Positions 37,595 to 53,729 of a stretch of 64,000 bases of DNA are shown piece by piece. How positions within the stretch are numbered: position 1 is the first letter of the stretch; each line of letters begins with the position of its first letter. The notes under the pieces are model-generated. The model was not told the origin of the DNA and did not search any database. It worked only from the letters and a program-made list of their open reading frames with translations. Position numbers and translations under genes: made by a program. The DNA is from Eledone cirrhosa (taxonomy: Eukaryota). The stretch lies in the NCBI GenBank assembly GCA_964016885.1, contig OZ024744.1, positions 28,644,001-28,708,000 on the forward strand. The letters are read 5' to 3'.

Positions 37595-37882
37595 AATTAG
37601 AAATTAGAAATTATAACCTTTCACCGTATTTTAGACTAAAGAAATTTCTAGCCTGATAGTGGAGTTTATAACCCTCGGAGAAATGGAAAAAGATGAGGGT
37701 TGCCGTACATGGCGGCAACACTCATCTTTTTCCATTTCTCCGAGGGTTATAAACCCCACTATCAGGCTAGAAATTTCTTTAGTCTAAAATACGGTGAAAG
37801 CTTATAATTTCTAATTTCTAATTTTCAAACTCGCGCACCGTTTCAAAAACATGCTTACATGTTTACATTTATAATTTGCTTA
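37595..37882. mobile_element. Near-perfect hairpin element (about 110-bp arms) with one-sided tail
   Basis: 37595-37706 is inverted at 37713-37823; same family as 42035-42255. Confidence 0.85.
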
Positions 37883-37892
37883 TATATATATA

Positions 37893-38456
37893 TATTTCGT
37901 TTCTGAATTTGTTTAGCAAGATTCTTTATCTGAAAAAGTGTGTTGAGACCGGTATTGTTTTACTTTGGGAAGGTCATGTTGCCAATAAGAAACACACGCA
38001 CCAGTTGCTTTCACTCCAATTTATTATAAATTAAATTTATAAATTTAAGAAATTTGTAACTTTCCGGTTGGTTGATTGGTTGGTTCCACAACCGGACGGT
38101 TGTTAATATATTGTCAAAGTTCTTTCATCACACATTGTGTGACCTCTTCAGTGACTGGGGATTCTTTTCTTTGTTTTGTGCCTCTCCTTTGTTCTGTCCT
38201 ACGCCAAAAACAAGATGGCGTTGGACAGAACAAAGGAGAGGCACAAAAGAAAGAAATGAAACCCCAGTCACTGAAACATCTCAAAATGTGTGACGAAAGA
38301 AGTTTGACAATATATGAACAACCGTCCGGTTGGGGAACCAACCAACCAACGGGAAAGCTACAAATTTCTTAAATTTTTTATTTAATTTATAATAAATTAG
38401 AGTGAAAGCAACTGGTGCGTGTGTTTCTTATTGGCAACATGACTCTCCCAAAGTAT

Positions 38457-38462
<6 letters not shown>
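37893..38462. mobile_element. Palindromic dimer of the Neptune pLTR in (TA)n
   Basis: Minus copy 37893-38206 is joined to plus copy about 38207-38462; HHR at 38113-38155 (-) and a decayed one at 38267-38309 (+). Confidence 0.85.
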
Positions 38463-38518
<56 letters not shown>

Positions 38519-38531
38519 GTATATATATATG

Positions 38532-38617
<86 letters not shown>

Positions 38618-38620
<3 letters not shown>

Positions 38621-41600
38621 CGTTTCTGAATTTGTTTAGCAAGATTCTTTATCTGAAAACCGATATTGTTATACTTTGGGAGGGTCATGTTGCCAATAAG
38701 AAACACACGCACCAGTTGCTTTCACTTCAATTTATTATAAATTAAATTTATAAATTTAGGAATTTATAAATTTCCGGTTGGTTGGTTCCGCAACCAGACG
38801 ATTGCTCATATATTGTCAAAGTTCTTTCGTCACACATTCTATGTCCTCTTCAGTGACTGGGGATTATTTTCTTTGTTTTTGTGCCTCTCCTTTGTTCTGT
38901 CCTACGCCATCTTGTTTTTTAGTTTGTTGTGTGCTTAGTTTGCGCATGTGTTACATCCGGGTGTCTATGTGTGTTTATATTTGTTTATTTATTTGTTTAT
39001 TTACATGTTATTGGTTGGCTGTTTGTTCTATGTGTGTGTGTGTTTTCATTTTGTCCTTAATTGTAAGTTGTGATGTTGCTGTTCCATTCATGTTTTCTAT
39101 TTAATTTTGGTTGGAGTTCATTTATGTTTATTGCCTCTGTGATTTGTCTAAACATTGCGTCTTTTCTGTGTGTAGATTCTATTTTTTATTTCTATGTTCT
39201 CTAATTTACCCTTATGTTCTATTTTAGCATGTTGGTGGAGTACAGATGATTCTTTACTATCCTGAAGCTCTCGCCAGTGTTCATTTATCCGTTCCCCTAT
39301 ACTACGAGCTGTCTCACCTATTTACACTTATCTCTACATTGTCCTTCAGTACATCTTATGCTATATACTACATTTCTAGTTTTACAGTTAATATGGGGGC
39401 TTAGTTTACAGATTATACATTTCTTATCTATACATGGAGGTCTTTGAAAAGGGTATGTATTGCTAATAAGTGTTTTTATGGAGGTACATGTTCTTTCTAC
39501 TATCTTAATATTGAGTTTATGTTTATCTAGGGCCTTTCTAAATTTGTAAGCTAATTCACCTCTAGTGGTTGTATCGATGAACATTACACTCTGGTATGTA
39601 TTGCTATCATACCATAAGTTTATTCTATTAGCCTTATTCCTAGTTCGTTCTATTCTATTCCAAAATTTGCTCCTGTACAAGGGGCAGGTCCCATTTGTAA
39701 CCTTATTTACCATTTTTTACCATTTGGTTCTTGCTCCTCTATATACTCTGATTTTTTCTCTCTGATTGTAACCAGAGAACTGCATATGGTGGATGAAGTG
39801 TTGTATGTGTCTCTCTAGTTCTTTTGTGTTGCACCTGCGGGACACGTTTCTCATCACCCGTTCAACATCCGCAATCAGTATATTGATTTTGGTATGGTCC
39901 GAAACAGCTGAGTTTCGGTGGATCAGAGATTTGGAAGTTATGGGTTTGGCATAATGGTAATGGAGGATTTGTTTTTTGTTATTAATGATATATAACCAGA
40001 GCTCTGTGTCTAGTACAGGTAATCGATGGTTGGGGTGTTTGCTTGGGTAGTCTATAGTAACTCTAATACTCTGGTGGATGGAGTTAGCTATTTGCTGGAT
40101 GCTTTCCATTGTGTTTTTCTCTACTTCCTGACTGTTCTCTAGTGGGGGTGTTTTTACTACGATATTTATATCATCAACGTAGCGGGAGTACATTATCAGG
40201 GTTATGAGGTTTCTGTCTTCTAATTGTTCTTTAAGTTTAAATTTAAGTCTATTGTCCCACCATACCATGAATAGGTTAGCTATGTCACCTGCAATGCTAA
40301 CACCAATGGTTGCTCCCTCCTCTTGGGCATATGTTTTTCCATTAAATTTGAAAATATGTTCCTTAAGGGTTAATTTCATACTGGCCCCCACCGCATGTGC
40401 AATCATTTTCTTTAGTTCATCGTGGTTTTCGGGTGTCCGTATGGCTCTGGTCCACCCGTTCCATCTATCTGTGTGGGTATTCTTGGCCATTGAGGTAATG
40501 GTAGGTGGTCTGCCTCTTGCTGGTCTTGTAGGGCACAGGTTGCTAAGGTCATATGTATCTAGATAATCATTACTATAGATAAGTTTAAGTAGGAGTCCCA
40601 GCTCACTGGTATCAATCCCACGGAATTCAACATTGCTCTCACTGATCATTTCTACGCATTTCTCCACAGCAAAATCCACGTCAATAGATGGATATAGGTA
40701 CACAACATCCATACTACCTATTATGCAGTTTGTTAGGTCCCTAGATCGGTTACTTTCGCTGATTCTGCTGAGGAGGTCCTCCGTGCTGTCACATATATCT
40801 GGGGACATTTCAATGATGGGGCGTATGATCAGGGAGAGGAAGTAGGAAAGTCTGTAGTTACTAGCAATGTTAGCTCCAGAGACTGGCCGTATTGGTGGTC
40901 CTGTGACAGGGTCACTGCTCGTTTTATGGTCTTTTCGAAGCCCATACAACGCTGGCACGTCATTGTTCCAGGCCTGGAAGTGGTTGGCAGTCCTTTTGTT
41001 GGGCTGCATTTTATTTGTCCACATCATCATATGGGCATTGAGGGTGTTTTCCCTATCCTCATGCTCTTGTGGTGTTACTTCTCTTGTGTTACTGATAGGG
41101 GGTTACATTGCCTGGATGTAGTTTGACAGACTGTCAACCGACATTCTGCCAGACTTGTCTGTTGGAAAGCATGCAATCTCTCCATTACGCGCAAGTGCTG
41201 CGTGAGCTTACGCAAGCCATTTGCAGATTTTTCTCCCAGTTGCTGGCCCTCCATTCTATTTTGCTTCTTGCTATACTGTTCTATACCGTTGGCGTGGACT
41301 CGTCGTAGGTCGAAGGACATATCGGAAGGATTATAAAAGTTAGAGTTCCAGGCTGCTGCTTTATGTGTACTATTGCTACTGTTATTGTTAGTTGTGTTGT
41401 TTCTATTTCTATTTCCATCAACAGCCTCATGGTTGGTTCTATGTCTCCCATTATTACTCCTGTCTCTTTCCTCTGGCTCATTGTTATTATCTACTCTATT
41501 TTGTGTGTCTGTGTGTTCGTCCTGGTTATGTTCTCTGTCAGTATCGATAGTCTCCCTTCTCCTTTCAATCCTATTACCTTCCCTTATTTCTGTGTTACTG

Positions 41601-41935
41601 TCCTTACCTGTTTTCTGTGTCTGTGTGTTTGTTAAGATTGTGGTGGTGGTGAGAGGCATAGAATGTGTGTGTGTTGTTGTTGTTGTTGTTGATGTGTGTT
41701 GTTATTGATGTGTGTTGTTGTTGTTGTCTCCGCGAATGTTATTATTGTTGTTAGTGTCTGCGTGTATGTTGTTGTTTCTGAGTATGTTATTATTGTTGAT
41801 GCGTGTGTTGTTGTTATCGTTGTTTGTGTCTGTGTGCCTGTTGTTGTTGGGATGTGTGTTGTATGTGTGTGTGTGTGTGTGTGTGTGTACGTATGTTGTT
41901 ACTTTTGTTTTGGGTTTTGTTTTTGAGGCTCCAAA
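38618..41935 (-). mobile_element. Long Neptune-type PLE with frameshifts
   Basis: pLTR with HHR at 38815-38857; GIY-YIG and RT segments; Asn/Thr-rich low-complexity N-terminal region; (TA)n both sides. Confidence 0.85.
39058..41659 (-). pseudogene. PLE RT plus GIY-YIG polyprotein, broken
   Basis: PALYGLRKDHK, PIRPV, SMDVVYLYPSI, EGATIG, YSRYVDD, LPVLD; frameshifts near 41050, 39715 and 39320. Confidence 0.85.
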
Positions 41936-41945
41936 ATATATATAT

Positions 41946-42361
<416 letters not shown>

Positions 42362-42374
42362 TATATATATATAT

Positions 42375-42797
42375 CCATGGACGAGTTCTCTCCAGCGGTC
42401 TCTGTCCCTCATTATCGCTGCCATGTCCTGCGTCTCCAACAGACCAGTGCCTGTCCTTAGGGCATCAACATACGTTAACCTTGGTCTTCCACTTCCAGTG
42501 TGTCCATGTTGGGGCTCCCACAGGATCACTGAGTGCAATGTCTACTCCGGGTGTCGGTGAGCATGTCCAGCTAACTTCAGTCTCCTCTGTGTCACTTTTG
42601 AGCTGTCTTTGGGAGGCTCCCATACAGCTCTGAGTTGTTCATCCTCAGTGTATACTGATTAACGTTCAGAGCCATCCTCAGCATTCTCGTGTAGCACCCA
42701 TCCACCATCTGAGTAAGTTTCTTGGTCAGTGTCCAAGTCTCAGACCCGTACAGCAGCACAGACTCCACTACAGCAATGAAGAGGCGGAATTTCATGT
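42375..42797 (-). pseudogene. RTE/RTE-X-like LINE 3' fragment
   Basis: VESVLLYGSETWTL...[28 protein letters not shown]. Confidence 0.8.
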
Positions 42798-43054
42798 CTT
42801 ATATATATATATCTCTGTTTGTTTACATGTCTCGCTCGCTTCACCCTATTTTACGTGTCCCAATAACTTTCTTTAGTTATTGCTCGCACCAACCAGAGGT
42901 ATATGATCTTTAATGCGAAGAAATACCAATGACGGTTGGAAGATCACTGCTGAAGGACTAATTTTATTCATATGTACCCCATTTACAACAACGCAGCACG
43001 CCATTTTTCATATACACACACACACACACACATACACACACACACACATACACA

Positions 43055-44890
<1,836 letters not shown>

Positions 44891-44916
44891 CTTAGGGAGA
44901 TTCATGTTGCCAATAA

Positions 44917-46381
44917 AGACTTCAAAAAGGGAAATAAGTCCCTTGCAGTGAACTACCGTCCGATCTCACTCACCTCTCATATTATCAAGGTATTTGAGAG
45001 GGTGGTGAGATCACGAATAACCCACTTTCTTGAAAGCAACGGCCTGCTGAACACCAACCAACATGGATTCCGTAATGGAAGGGACTGCCTAACGCAGCTC
45101 CTGCATCACTTTGACGATATTTTGAGAGCCTTGGGAGAGGGCTCCAACACTGATCTCATCTACCTTGATTTCAGCAAGGCCTTCGACGGGGTTGATCATA
45201 AGATTCTATTGAAAAAACTATCCAATGTTGGTGTCTCTGGAAGGTTTCTACAGTGGATCAAATGTTTCTGACAGGCAGAACCCAGCATGTTGTAGTCGAA
45301 GGAGTAAAATCAAGCCCTGCCAAAGTCAGCAATGGCGTCCCACAAGGCACTGTGTTGGGCCCACTTCTTTTCATCATTTACATTAATGACATTACTGACA
45401 TCATCAAACACAGCAACATCAGAATCTTCGCAGATGATTCCAAGCTACAAAGGGTCATCAATGAGGTGGGTGACCGGACTTGCCTTCAGTCAGACCTACT
45501 GGCTGGTATCCAATGGGCAGCGATGAATAATATGCTGTTGAATTTTGATAAATTTGAACTAATCCACTTTGGAAAAAAGCATGCTCTGAAACTACCATAC
45601 TCACTTCCTTCGGGTGAAACTCTGGTGGCTTCCATTAACATCAGAGACCTGGGAGTAATTGTGGACAACAATATAAGCTGGGCCACTCATATAAACAGCA
45701 AAGTTGATATGTCCCGCAGAATGTGTTACTGGATTCTTAGAACTTTCCAGTCGAGAGATATCCACACTGTTGTCTTTCTCTTCTCCACTTTTGCCCTACC
45801 CCACCTTGAATACTGTTGTCCACTGTGGTCACCACACACGAAACAAAGTATCATGAAAGTTGAAGCACCCCAAAGGTCAATTACAAAAAAGATAGTTGGC
45901 ATGACAGGCCTTGACTATTGGGATCGATTAGAAAAGCTCAAACTTTATTCTCTCCAACGTCGCCGTGAGCGCTATATCATCTGTATGATGTGGAAAATAT
46001 TCCATCAGCTTAGCCTAAATGATGTTGGCATCACCTTTAGTGTACACCCAAGGCTTGGGCCCCGTGTTATCCGCCCGCGACAAAAATCCCACTCGCATCA
46101 CATAACAACAATACGGTACAATTATTTCACTTCAATTGACCCTGCACTCTTTAACATTACACCAAGACAGACCCCATCAAGTTCAAGAAGTCTTTGGATA
46201 AATTCCTTCAAGAAATCCCAGATAAGCCTCCTACACCCGGATATGCCTCCGTAAACAATAACTCTCTGCTCGAGTGGGCCATGGTGCCCAAACACTGATT
46301 TGTAAGTCTTCGCCAGGTGGTGCTATTAAGTTAGACATGGCCTGGGCCAATACTGGCCGACACCTATCAAAGTTATCAAAG

Positions 46382-46385
<4 letters not shown>
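44917..46385 (+). pseudogene. CR1-group LINE ORF2 3' fragment
   Basis: NYRPISLTS, QHGFR, YLDFSKAFD, GVPQGTVLGP, FADD, DLGV, LEYCCPLWSP; frameshift near 45265; tail aaagttatc repeated. Confidence 0.85.
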
Positions 46386-46445
<60 letters not shown>

Positions 46446-46479
46446 GCGTGTGTGTGTGTGTGTGTGTATTTATATATAA

Positions 46480-46668
46480 TTGTTTCTACTTTTGGCACAA
46501 GGCCATCAATTACCCAGCACATTACTGGTACTTTATTTTATCGACCGCGTAAGGATGAAAGGCAAAGTTAACCCCGGTGGGATTTGAACTCAGATAATAA
46601 AGGGCCGTAACTCTATGCTGCAAAGCATGGCATCAGACCTTCTACCGATACTGCCAATCCACCGCCCT
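46480..46668 (-). mobile_element. tRNA-derived SINE (octopus-type)
   Basis: Reverse-complement match to the 16248-16462 family. Confidence 0.75.
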
Positions 46669-47002
46669 TGTCTATATATAATAATGAGATTCACAAATAT
46701 ACATATATATATGCCAATATATTTTTTTCACATGAATACGTGTGTGTGTGTGGTGTCACCTTTAACCAGTTTTGTTCGATGATCGAAAGAGCTAAAATAA
46801 TCAAAATAATTGTGATAACTCGATAATAATCAGAGCTATTTATCAAATTACAAAATAATAGGAAATAATAGACGAAAATATACCTATTTTGTCTTCAAAG
46901 TCCTGCCGCGTAGTTTCGCTAATCCATATGTAACATTGTGCTTTATAGAAATGCACCATCATTGTGAGGTAAATCAGCTTTTCAAGCAACACCTCAGAGA
47001 AA

Positions 47003-47290
47003 AGGACATCGGCGCAACATCCACGACCTTTAAATCGCGAATGTATAACCACACGAACTCTTTAAAGGACCGGAGTAAGAGGCACTCCACTAGGCTGGCG
47101 GACCTGGTGTGGGACTTGAAAGACAAAGGCACCCCGTATGCCCTTGACTAGAGTATAGTTTGGCACGCGAATGTATACTCGGCTGGAAACAGAAAGTGTA
47201 GCTATGCCTGTACGAGGCCATTGAGATAGTCAGACTGAAGGATGATGCGGTCAACCTGAAATCGGAAATAATCATGACACTCTCCGCATG
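47003..47290 (+). pseudogene. Naiad-type GIY-YIG endonuclease fragment
   Basis: IGATSTTFKSRMYNH...STRLADLVWDLK, then LCLYEA...VNLKSE; aligns with the 8153 ORF C-terminus. Confidence 0.7.
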
Positions 47291-47888
47291 GAATTCACAG
47301 GGAAGCCCAGGCTAAAGGCCCGCGGCGGAGCGTGCGCCGACCAGAGGGGCGAAACGGGTTCAAGGGATCAGACACCATACCCTGATGACTATACATGCCC
47401 CTTGGGGTAAACCGGAATAACCCGGGATGCATACCCGACACTGCACGTCACTCTAGGCAAGAACATCGCCTGAGCCAGGAGAGGTTGATTCGGTTTCCAC
47501 TGACTTTGAGTCAAATGCATTACACCTATAGGACAATATACTTCAACTACCGGTCCATGCACTGCCGGTCCACGCACCCCATACATGTCTATCTTTTCAA
47601 TAGAGAGTCCATACTCTCAACGTATTCCATCTTGTAACACATATATTTTCTGTATATCTCATACTTCTCCTGTGTACTATCTCACACGCATACACGTTCC
47701 TCTTTCTTTTTTATATGTATATACACGTATGTGTATATTTAGATGTATATATATATGTATATATATGTATGTGTATATATGTATGTGTATATATGTATGT
47801 GTATGTGCATGCTTATAAGAAGATGCATCATTTCATGTATGACCCATTGTGTATCTTTATATGACTTTGTGTATATCCTATTTGTGTG

Positions 47889-47987
<99 letters not shown>

Positions 47988-48704
47988 GAGCGAGTCTGTA
48001 TCTGTGCCTGTATATATGGACGCGTGTGTGTATGTGCGTGTGCATGGGTGGAAAAGGGAACAAAAGGGGGGAGGGGTGTCTATGTATATGTCTGTATGTG
48101 TTTGTGTATACGAGTATATATACGTGTATGCATGTGTGTGCGCCTGTGTGTGTGTGTGTGTGTGTGTTGATGTATATGGGCATGTAGGCAGGCGTCTGTG
48201 TATGCGTATGTCTATAGTTTTATATGTTCTCCTTAAGTGTGTGTGTGTATAGCGGGTGTCTATGCGTACGGATGGTGTTACCTATGTGATTGTGTGCGCG
48301 TGTGTGTGTATATGTGTGTGTGAGTGCGCGCGTGGACGTGTGAACTTCCCAACCCAGTAGTAATTCATGGAAGTGTGGCAGAAACGCGGCAGCTGATCAT
48401 GGTCAGTCGAATTGACCTGTTGGTCAGTATTACGATGACGTAGAAAAACAACAGCCAATAACAGGACGCGCGAAGAGGATGTTTTTGACGCTAACACCCC
48501 AGTGAGAGAATTTGCTCCGAAATCATTAGACGTGTCCGTCGAACCTGCGGATCCAGCATCAGGCAGATCCACACAATGATCGTGTCTCGAGCTATCCGCC
48601 GGCGAAACAATTGTAACACACAATAAATTGAGTTCAGATGCATCACTGATTTTTCATTTTATATTATATCATACTGTCTATGGGAGCATCTTAGCTACCA
48701 TCAG

Positions 48705-48898
<194 letters not shown>

Positions 48899-49452
48899 AA
48901 AGTATAATAAAGGAAGGTCTGTGGGACTGCGTACGGTTTATTTTTTTTATGCCGTTAGTAAAATAAGTTGGATTACTTTGAATAAATAATGAATGAATAT
49001 TACATAATTTATCTACTAAATTTCGTAAACAAAAATAATTTCGTAAAAATAAATAATTTCAAATTGACTTCTTTTCAAAGTTGCACTTCCGGTATATCGT
49101 TGCCAACACCACCACTTCAACTACCATATATATCGAAAGAGAGAGTGTGTGATGTCAACACTTCCAGTGGCGATCACTTAAATAAACATACTAATTTTCT
49201 GTCACTAATTTTCTCCTAATGCAGTTTATATATAATATCGTCTTTTTTAATCTATCATGGATTACGTTACTGATTACATAAGACAGTGTAACGCAGTATT
49301 CGTTCAATTTCTGTGTATATTGCCAATTACGATTTTATTTGATGTATCATATCTACATGTATATATACTTGCGTATAATATCAATATACACACTACACAT
49401 GCTAGCAGAAAACCACCCGAAGTTTTTTTTTTCCTGCTAGTATATATAATAA

Positions 49453-49561
49453 GTGTTTCTACCTTTGGCACAAAGCCAGCAATTACTCAGTGCATTACTG
49501 GTACGTTATTTTATCGACCCCATAAGGATGAAAGGCAAAGTTAACCTCGGCGTGATTTTAA

Positions 49562-49565
<4 letters not shown>
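49453..49565 (-). mobile_element. SINE 3' part
   Basis: ttttatcgacccc.taaggatgaaaggcaaagttaacctcggcg. Confidence 0.7.
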
Positions 49566-49634
<69 letters not shown>

Positions 49635-49725
49635 CGAAGGAGTTGTGGTAAGGAACCAGCTGGACCATAACGCACCAGAGTACTCAATACTTAGGGTAGT
49701 AGAGTGGGTAATAGGAGAAAGTATG

Positions 49726-49824
49726 ACCCCGACGGCAGAGCTCAAGCCGTTTCGACGGTTATTTCTTGACTAAAGTATGAGTTTTTTTAGTCTGGTAAAT
49801 AAATAGCCGAAATTTTCAAGGGGT
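49726..49824 (-). ncRNA. Hammerhead ribozyme, U3-A8 variant, full stem III
   Basis: Minus: acccc-TTGAAAA-tttcggctattt...aaataaccgtc-GAAAC-ggc ttgagctct gcc-GTC-ggggt. Confidence 0.7.
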
Positions 49825-50559
49825 ACTTCCCTATATGGGCAGATTGTAGTTGTCAAGAAGTTTGTAGCAGACTCAGAAAAGTCTATCATGGCAGTGGGTG
49901 CGGGGTAGGGTGGCTGAACTTGCCTGTAGAACGATAGGGGAGTGTGTAGAGGAGGTTGGCGATAAAGGTTTCTTTAGTAAATGGAGGAGGGACGTTATAG
50001 AATTAGTAAATCAAAAGAGATTAGGGGACAATGAAAAAATATAATAAAAATTTAATAAAAAAAGAATATAATAAAAAATGAGAGAAAGATATATCAGAAT
50101 GTAAGAATGGAAAGTGAGAAGTGAAATAAAACAAAAACTAAGGAGTCTAAGCTGCTATATTTAGTTGGTGCTGCTTTTTCGGCCAATGCTATAGAATGAG
50201 TTGCTAGATGAGAATTATTGAAAATTTAGAATTGGGTATTACAAATTAATACCACATCTCTGGGGTCTAACACAGCTGCTATGAATAGTTAGTATAGCGT
50301 AATCAGCGAATGCTATCTGTAGGTTACTGGGGTGGGGTACTGAGGCTAAAGAGGCCCGATGGGCTGCCTCCGGGTAGGCTAAAGGGGAAAAAATAAAGAA
50401 ACGAGCGAGGAAGAATTTCGGTGGTGGAAAGAAGTGATAGGAGGAGACAAAGGGGAGAAAACATAGAGGAAAAGAAAAGAAAAGAGGTACATCTACCTAT
50501 ATAAGTTGGGGTTTTCCATATCTTATGCGGCAAGTGGGGGCTTTCAGCCCTTGTATACT

Positions 50560-52615
50560 CACCCGGATCGTTAAGGGGTTTGAGGGTGAGGTAAGTCTTC
50601 CGCAATCTGTGTTTGCATACAGTTACCAGTTCGTCTTTTTTGTTTATGAGTTGATCCTTCGTAAACAGCATTTGTATTGTTTCCTCCGAGCATAAGTTAC
50701 ACGGACGGCGTCCTCCCGTGTAAGAGTTAGCTCTGGACAGTATGCTCCAAGTAAGAGGGTAAGTTATATTATTATTTTGAAGGTCCCAGATATGGCCCGA
50801 AAGTGTGGTGGCATGTCGCCGGACCGGGTTTCGGAACGTATGTCGGTGTTGGTAGAGCCGGGTCTTAAAGTCACAAGCTGTTAATCCTATATAAGCTTTA
50901 TTGGAGGTGACCGTCATCACTGGTAGATCACGTTACGTTCTCGGCATTTGTTGTTGAGGGGGCACGTAGATCTATCAGGGCAGTTACACCTCCTGGTCGG
51001 CTCTACACTAATTTCTAGGTTGTTTCTTCCATAGGGGTTGAGTTTTTTGTTGTTTGAGGAGACGACGTTTTGTGCGAAGTTAGGTGTGGTGCTGTAGGAT
51101 AGCTTGATAGTGTTTTTGTTGATTATGTTGTGGTAGCGGTGTTGTGGTGGAAAGTGTTTTTCGAGGAGCCTAAAGAAGATTTTCTCGATAGATGTTGCCA
51201 CCTCGGCATTGTGGGGAGGATTGAACCACGTTACGTGGCGTGAACGGCGGCGTCGCCTGCTGGTTCCGCTAAGGGAAGCTGGATAAAAGGATATTTCCTC
51301 CCGGAAGCCACTCCGTTTGAGGGCCTGGTTGTAATGAGGCGTATGTTCGTCGAATATCTGCTCATTAGCGGACAAACGAGATATGCGGAGGGAGATGTTT
51401 TTAACCAGGTTATTGGTGATGTTTCTAGGATGGTTAGAGCGGCGGTAAATGTAGTGCAGCTTGTCGTTTGGTTTCCTGTATGGGTAGTACAGATCATTTT
51501 CGAGGTTGAGGGTAACGTCCAGGAAATTGACTCGGGTTAGGGACGTTTGTAGGGTGATTTTAAATCCCCAGTCCCGGAAAAAGTTGATAAGTTGTTTACC
51601 GACCCGGTCTGTACTACTGAGGTTGTACCCTTTGAGGGTAAGGAGCCCATTGTCTCGGTACAATCCATCGCCAAATGCGGAAAACATTTCGGTGAGTTTA
51701 AATAGTAGGAATAATCCTATAAGATCGGTGACCTCGGCCGAATCGGTCGCGCCCATGTTGACGTCGAAGGGGGTAGTCGGGAGCTCTCTTTATTCACTTG
51801 GAGTTGTCGAAAATTAGGACTGTCTTCCTGGCGTGGAGAATGATATTTCTTTCCTGGTCGGTGATGGGTGCGAGTGTTTCAGCAAAGTCCAAGGCGGCCG
51901 TAAGGAGCGGTAAGGTAATAGATGCATAGTAACTCTCTATGTCAAACTGGATGAATTTTGTGTCCCGTTTGTCTTCAATATTCCTGAACCATGAGATTAC
52001 TTCCTGGGTGCTAACCCATAGGCTAAGTCTCGCGTTTTGCTTAACTTTTGGTACAACGCGGTCTAGGATGTTTTTATTGATTCTCCCTGTCCGACTTCGT
52101 CGGGTTTATAAGCCTGATGGATGGTTTGCGGTCGAAGTCGGATTTGTAGTCCTTCAGTGTGAAGTAGGGAGTCCGTGGTTCGAGGGGTTCAGTGCGGTCT
52201 GCGACCCCGAGGCTAGAAGTAATTTGTTGTCCCTCTAGATTTATGTCCTCAATAATTGAGTGGTTAGCCTTTTTATAGGTGGAGTTTAGGCTGCTCCTGA
52301 TCAGTCTGTGGTATCTGTCCGGGTTGACGAAATAGAGGTTTCCACTTTTGCCCGAGTGCACCAGGATGTCGTTGGTGCTTTCATAGTCCGTTATTTTGCT
52401 ACGGAGTTGTTGTAGAAATCGGTTGTGTCTGGGTTTGAATTTAAAACCCTTGACCAGTTGGAAAAGGTCGTTCTCGAAGGGTGAGAGCATAGGGTTCGGT
52501 GGGGGATATTTGTAGGTAAAGAATCCGAATCTCTCCTTGGTGTCGAAGTGCTGGTTGTCACGGTATCTATCATAGAAAAAAGTTCTCCAACTTAGTCTTT
52601 TGATTTACTAACTCT
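50560..52615 (-). pseudogene. PLE RT plus GIY-YIG, frameshifted
   Basis: PFENDL, KSGNLY, TLKDYK, RLINPTKS, MGATDSAEV, GLYRDNGL (catalytic Asp lost), SNHP, WFNPP, CNC..CPL, YIGLT, CNLCSEE, CKH. Confidence 0.85.
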
Positions 52616-52847
52616 ATAACGTCCCTCATCCATTTTCTAAAGAAACATTTTTTTCGCCAACCTCCTCTGGCCTACTTAGAATTAGCCGTGTAGATTTCAC
52701 CTTGAACGATCTACCCACTCCCCTATTGTTCTACAGGCAAGTTCAGCCAGCCTCACCCCGCACCCATTGCCATGATAGACTTTTCTGTGTCTGCTACAAA
52801 TTTTGACCAATCCTCTTGACAACTACAATCTTCCCATATAAGGAAGT

Positions 52848-52949
52848 ACCCCTTGAAAAGTTCGGCTATTTATTTACCACCAGACTAAAAAAACTCTTAC
52901 TTTAGTCCAGAAATAGCCGTCGAAACGGCTTGAGCTCTGCCTTCGGGGT
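52848..52949 (+). ncRNA. Hammerhead ribozyme copy in inverted pLTR, U3-A8 variant
   Basis: acccc-TTGAAAA-g...cggctattt/aaatagccg-tc-GAAAC-ggc...gcc-TTC-ggggt. Confidence 0.6.
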
Positions 52950-53729
52950 CATACTTTCTCATATATATATATATAAATAAAAGATAACAAGATATCGTTT
53001 AAGGTAATCCGACTAGAGGTTATGAGTACACTGTATCGAGGATAATTTTAACGTTTGGCGTTGTTTGAATCAATAAGAAGTTTCCTTAGTCGAGTGGCGG
53101 TTTAAGAAAGTTCCTAGGCAAGCGGTTCCACCGACCATGTTATTCCTTATTCTTTTACTTTTATATATGCATATATATAAAGTAGTAGAGGTGCAATTGG
53201 ATTGCGTTCACAGGCGGTATGGCAAGATAAGCACTCGAAGCTTTTGGGAAGCAGAGTATCAATACTAATAATTAGAGAACAAAGAATTACTGTTGCATCA
53301 TATGCATGTTTAATTACATATTACATATGTTTCACTACCGATCAGCTCGAGGAACGATCGAATTATGTTCGTCCCTGACTCTGGAATCGGAAGCTCTTCA
53401 GATATGTGTACTCACATCCAAATGTTGCTGAATTGTTAAACACTCGATTTGTTATTTTGGGTTGCCACTACACGCGGCCATAAGATAACTAAAGTGCCAC
53501 GCAGTGAGTTTAAACCCGGAACCACATTATTCCACATTATTGTCCAATAGGCTTGTTCCTTCTTTTTTTTTTCTTTCTTTTTTCTATATTTTTCACATTC
53601 ATGGGTGGCTGGTCCCGAAATTACTGAAGGTGTCGCAGTAGGGCGTTTCTAGAGCAACATATAAAAAAATTGGCGGTGTCCGTTCCAGAGAAGGATAGAG
53701 AGTGTCTGAGAGGAAGTGAGAGAGAGAGA

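Larger units (their letters stand above)
49631..52962 (-). mobile_element. Naiad-type PLE with inverted 5' pLTR, in (TA)n
   Basis: About 49714-49950 is inverted at about 52710-52960; encloses broken RT/EN ORF. Confidence 0.85.

Noticed and set aside
47376-47430. CTGATGA downstream of the Naiad EN fragment as an HHR
   Set aside because: No matching GAAA, stem III or stem I found.
50915-50922. Selenocysteine TGA in the Naiad ORF (known in some Naiads)
   Set aside because: The downstream YIG segment is in another frame; the TGA comes from a 1-bp deletion, and no SECIS was recognised.
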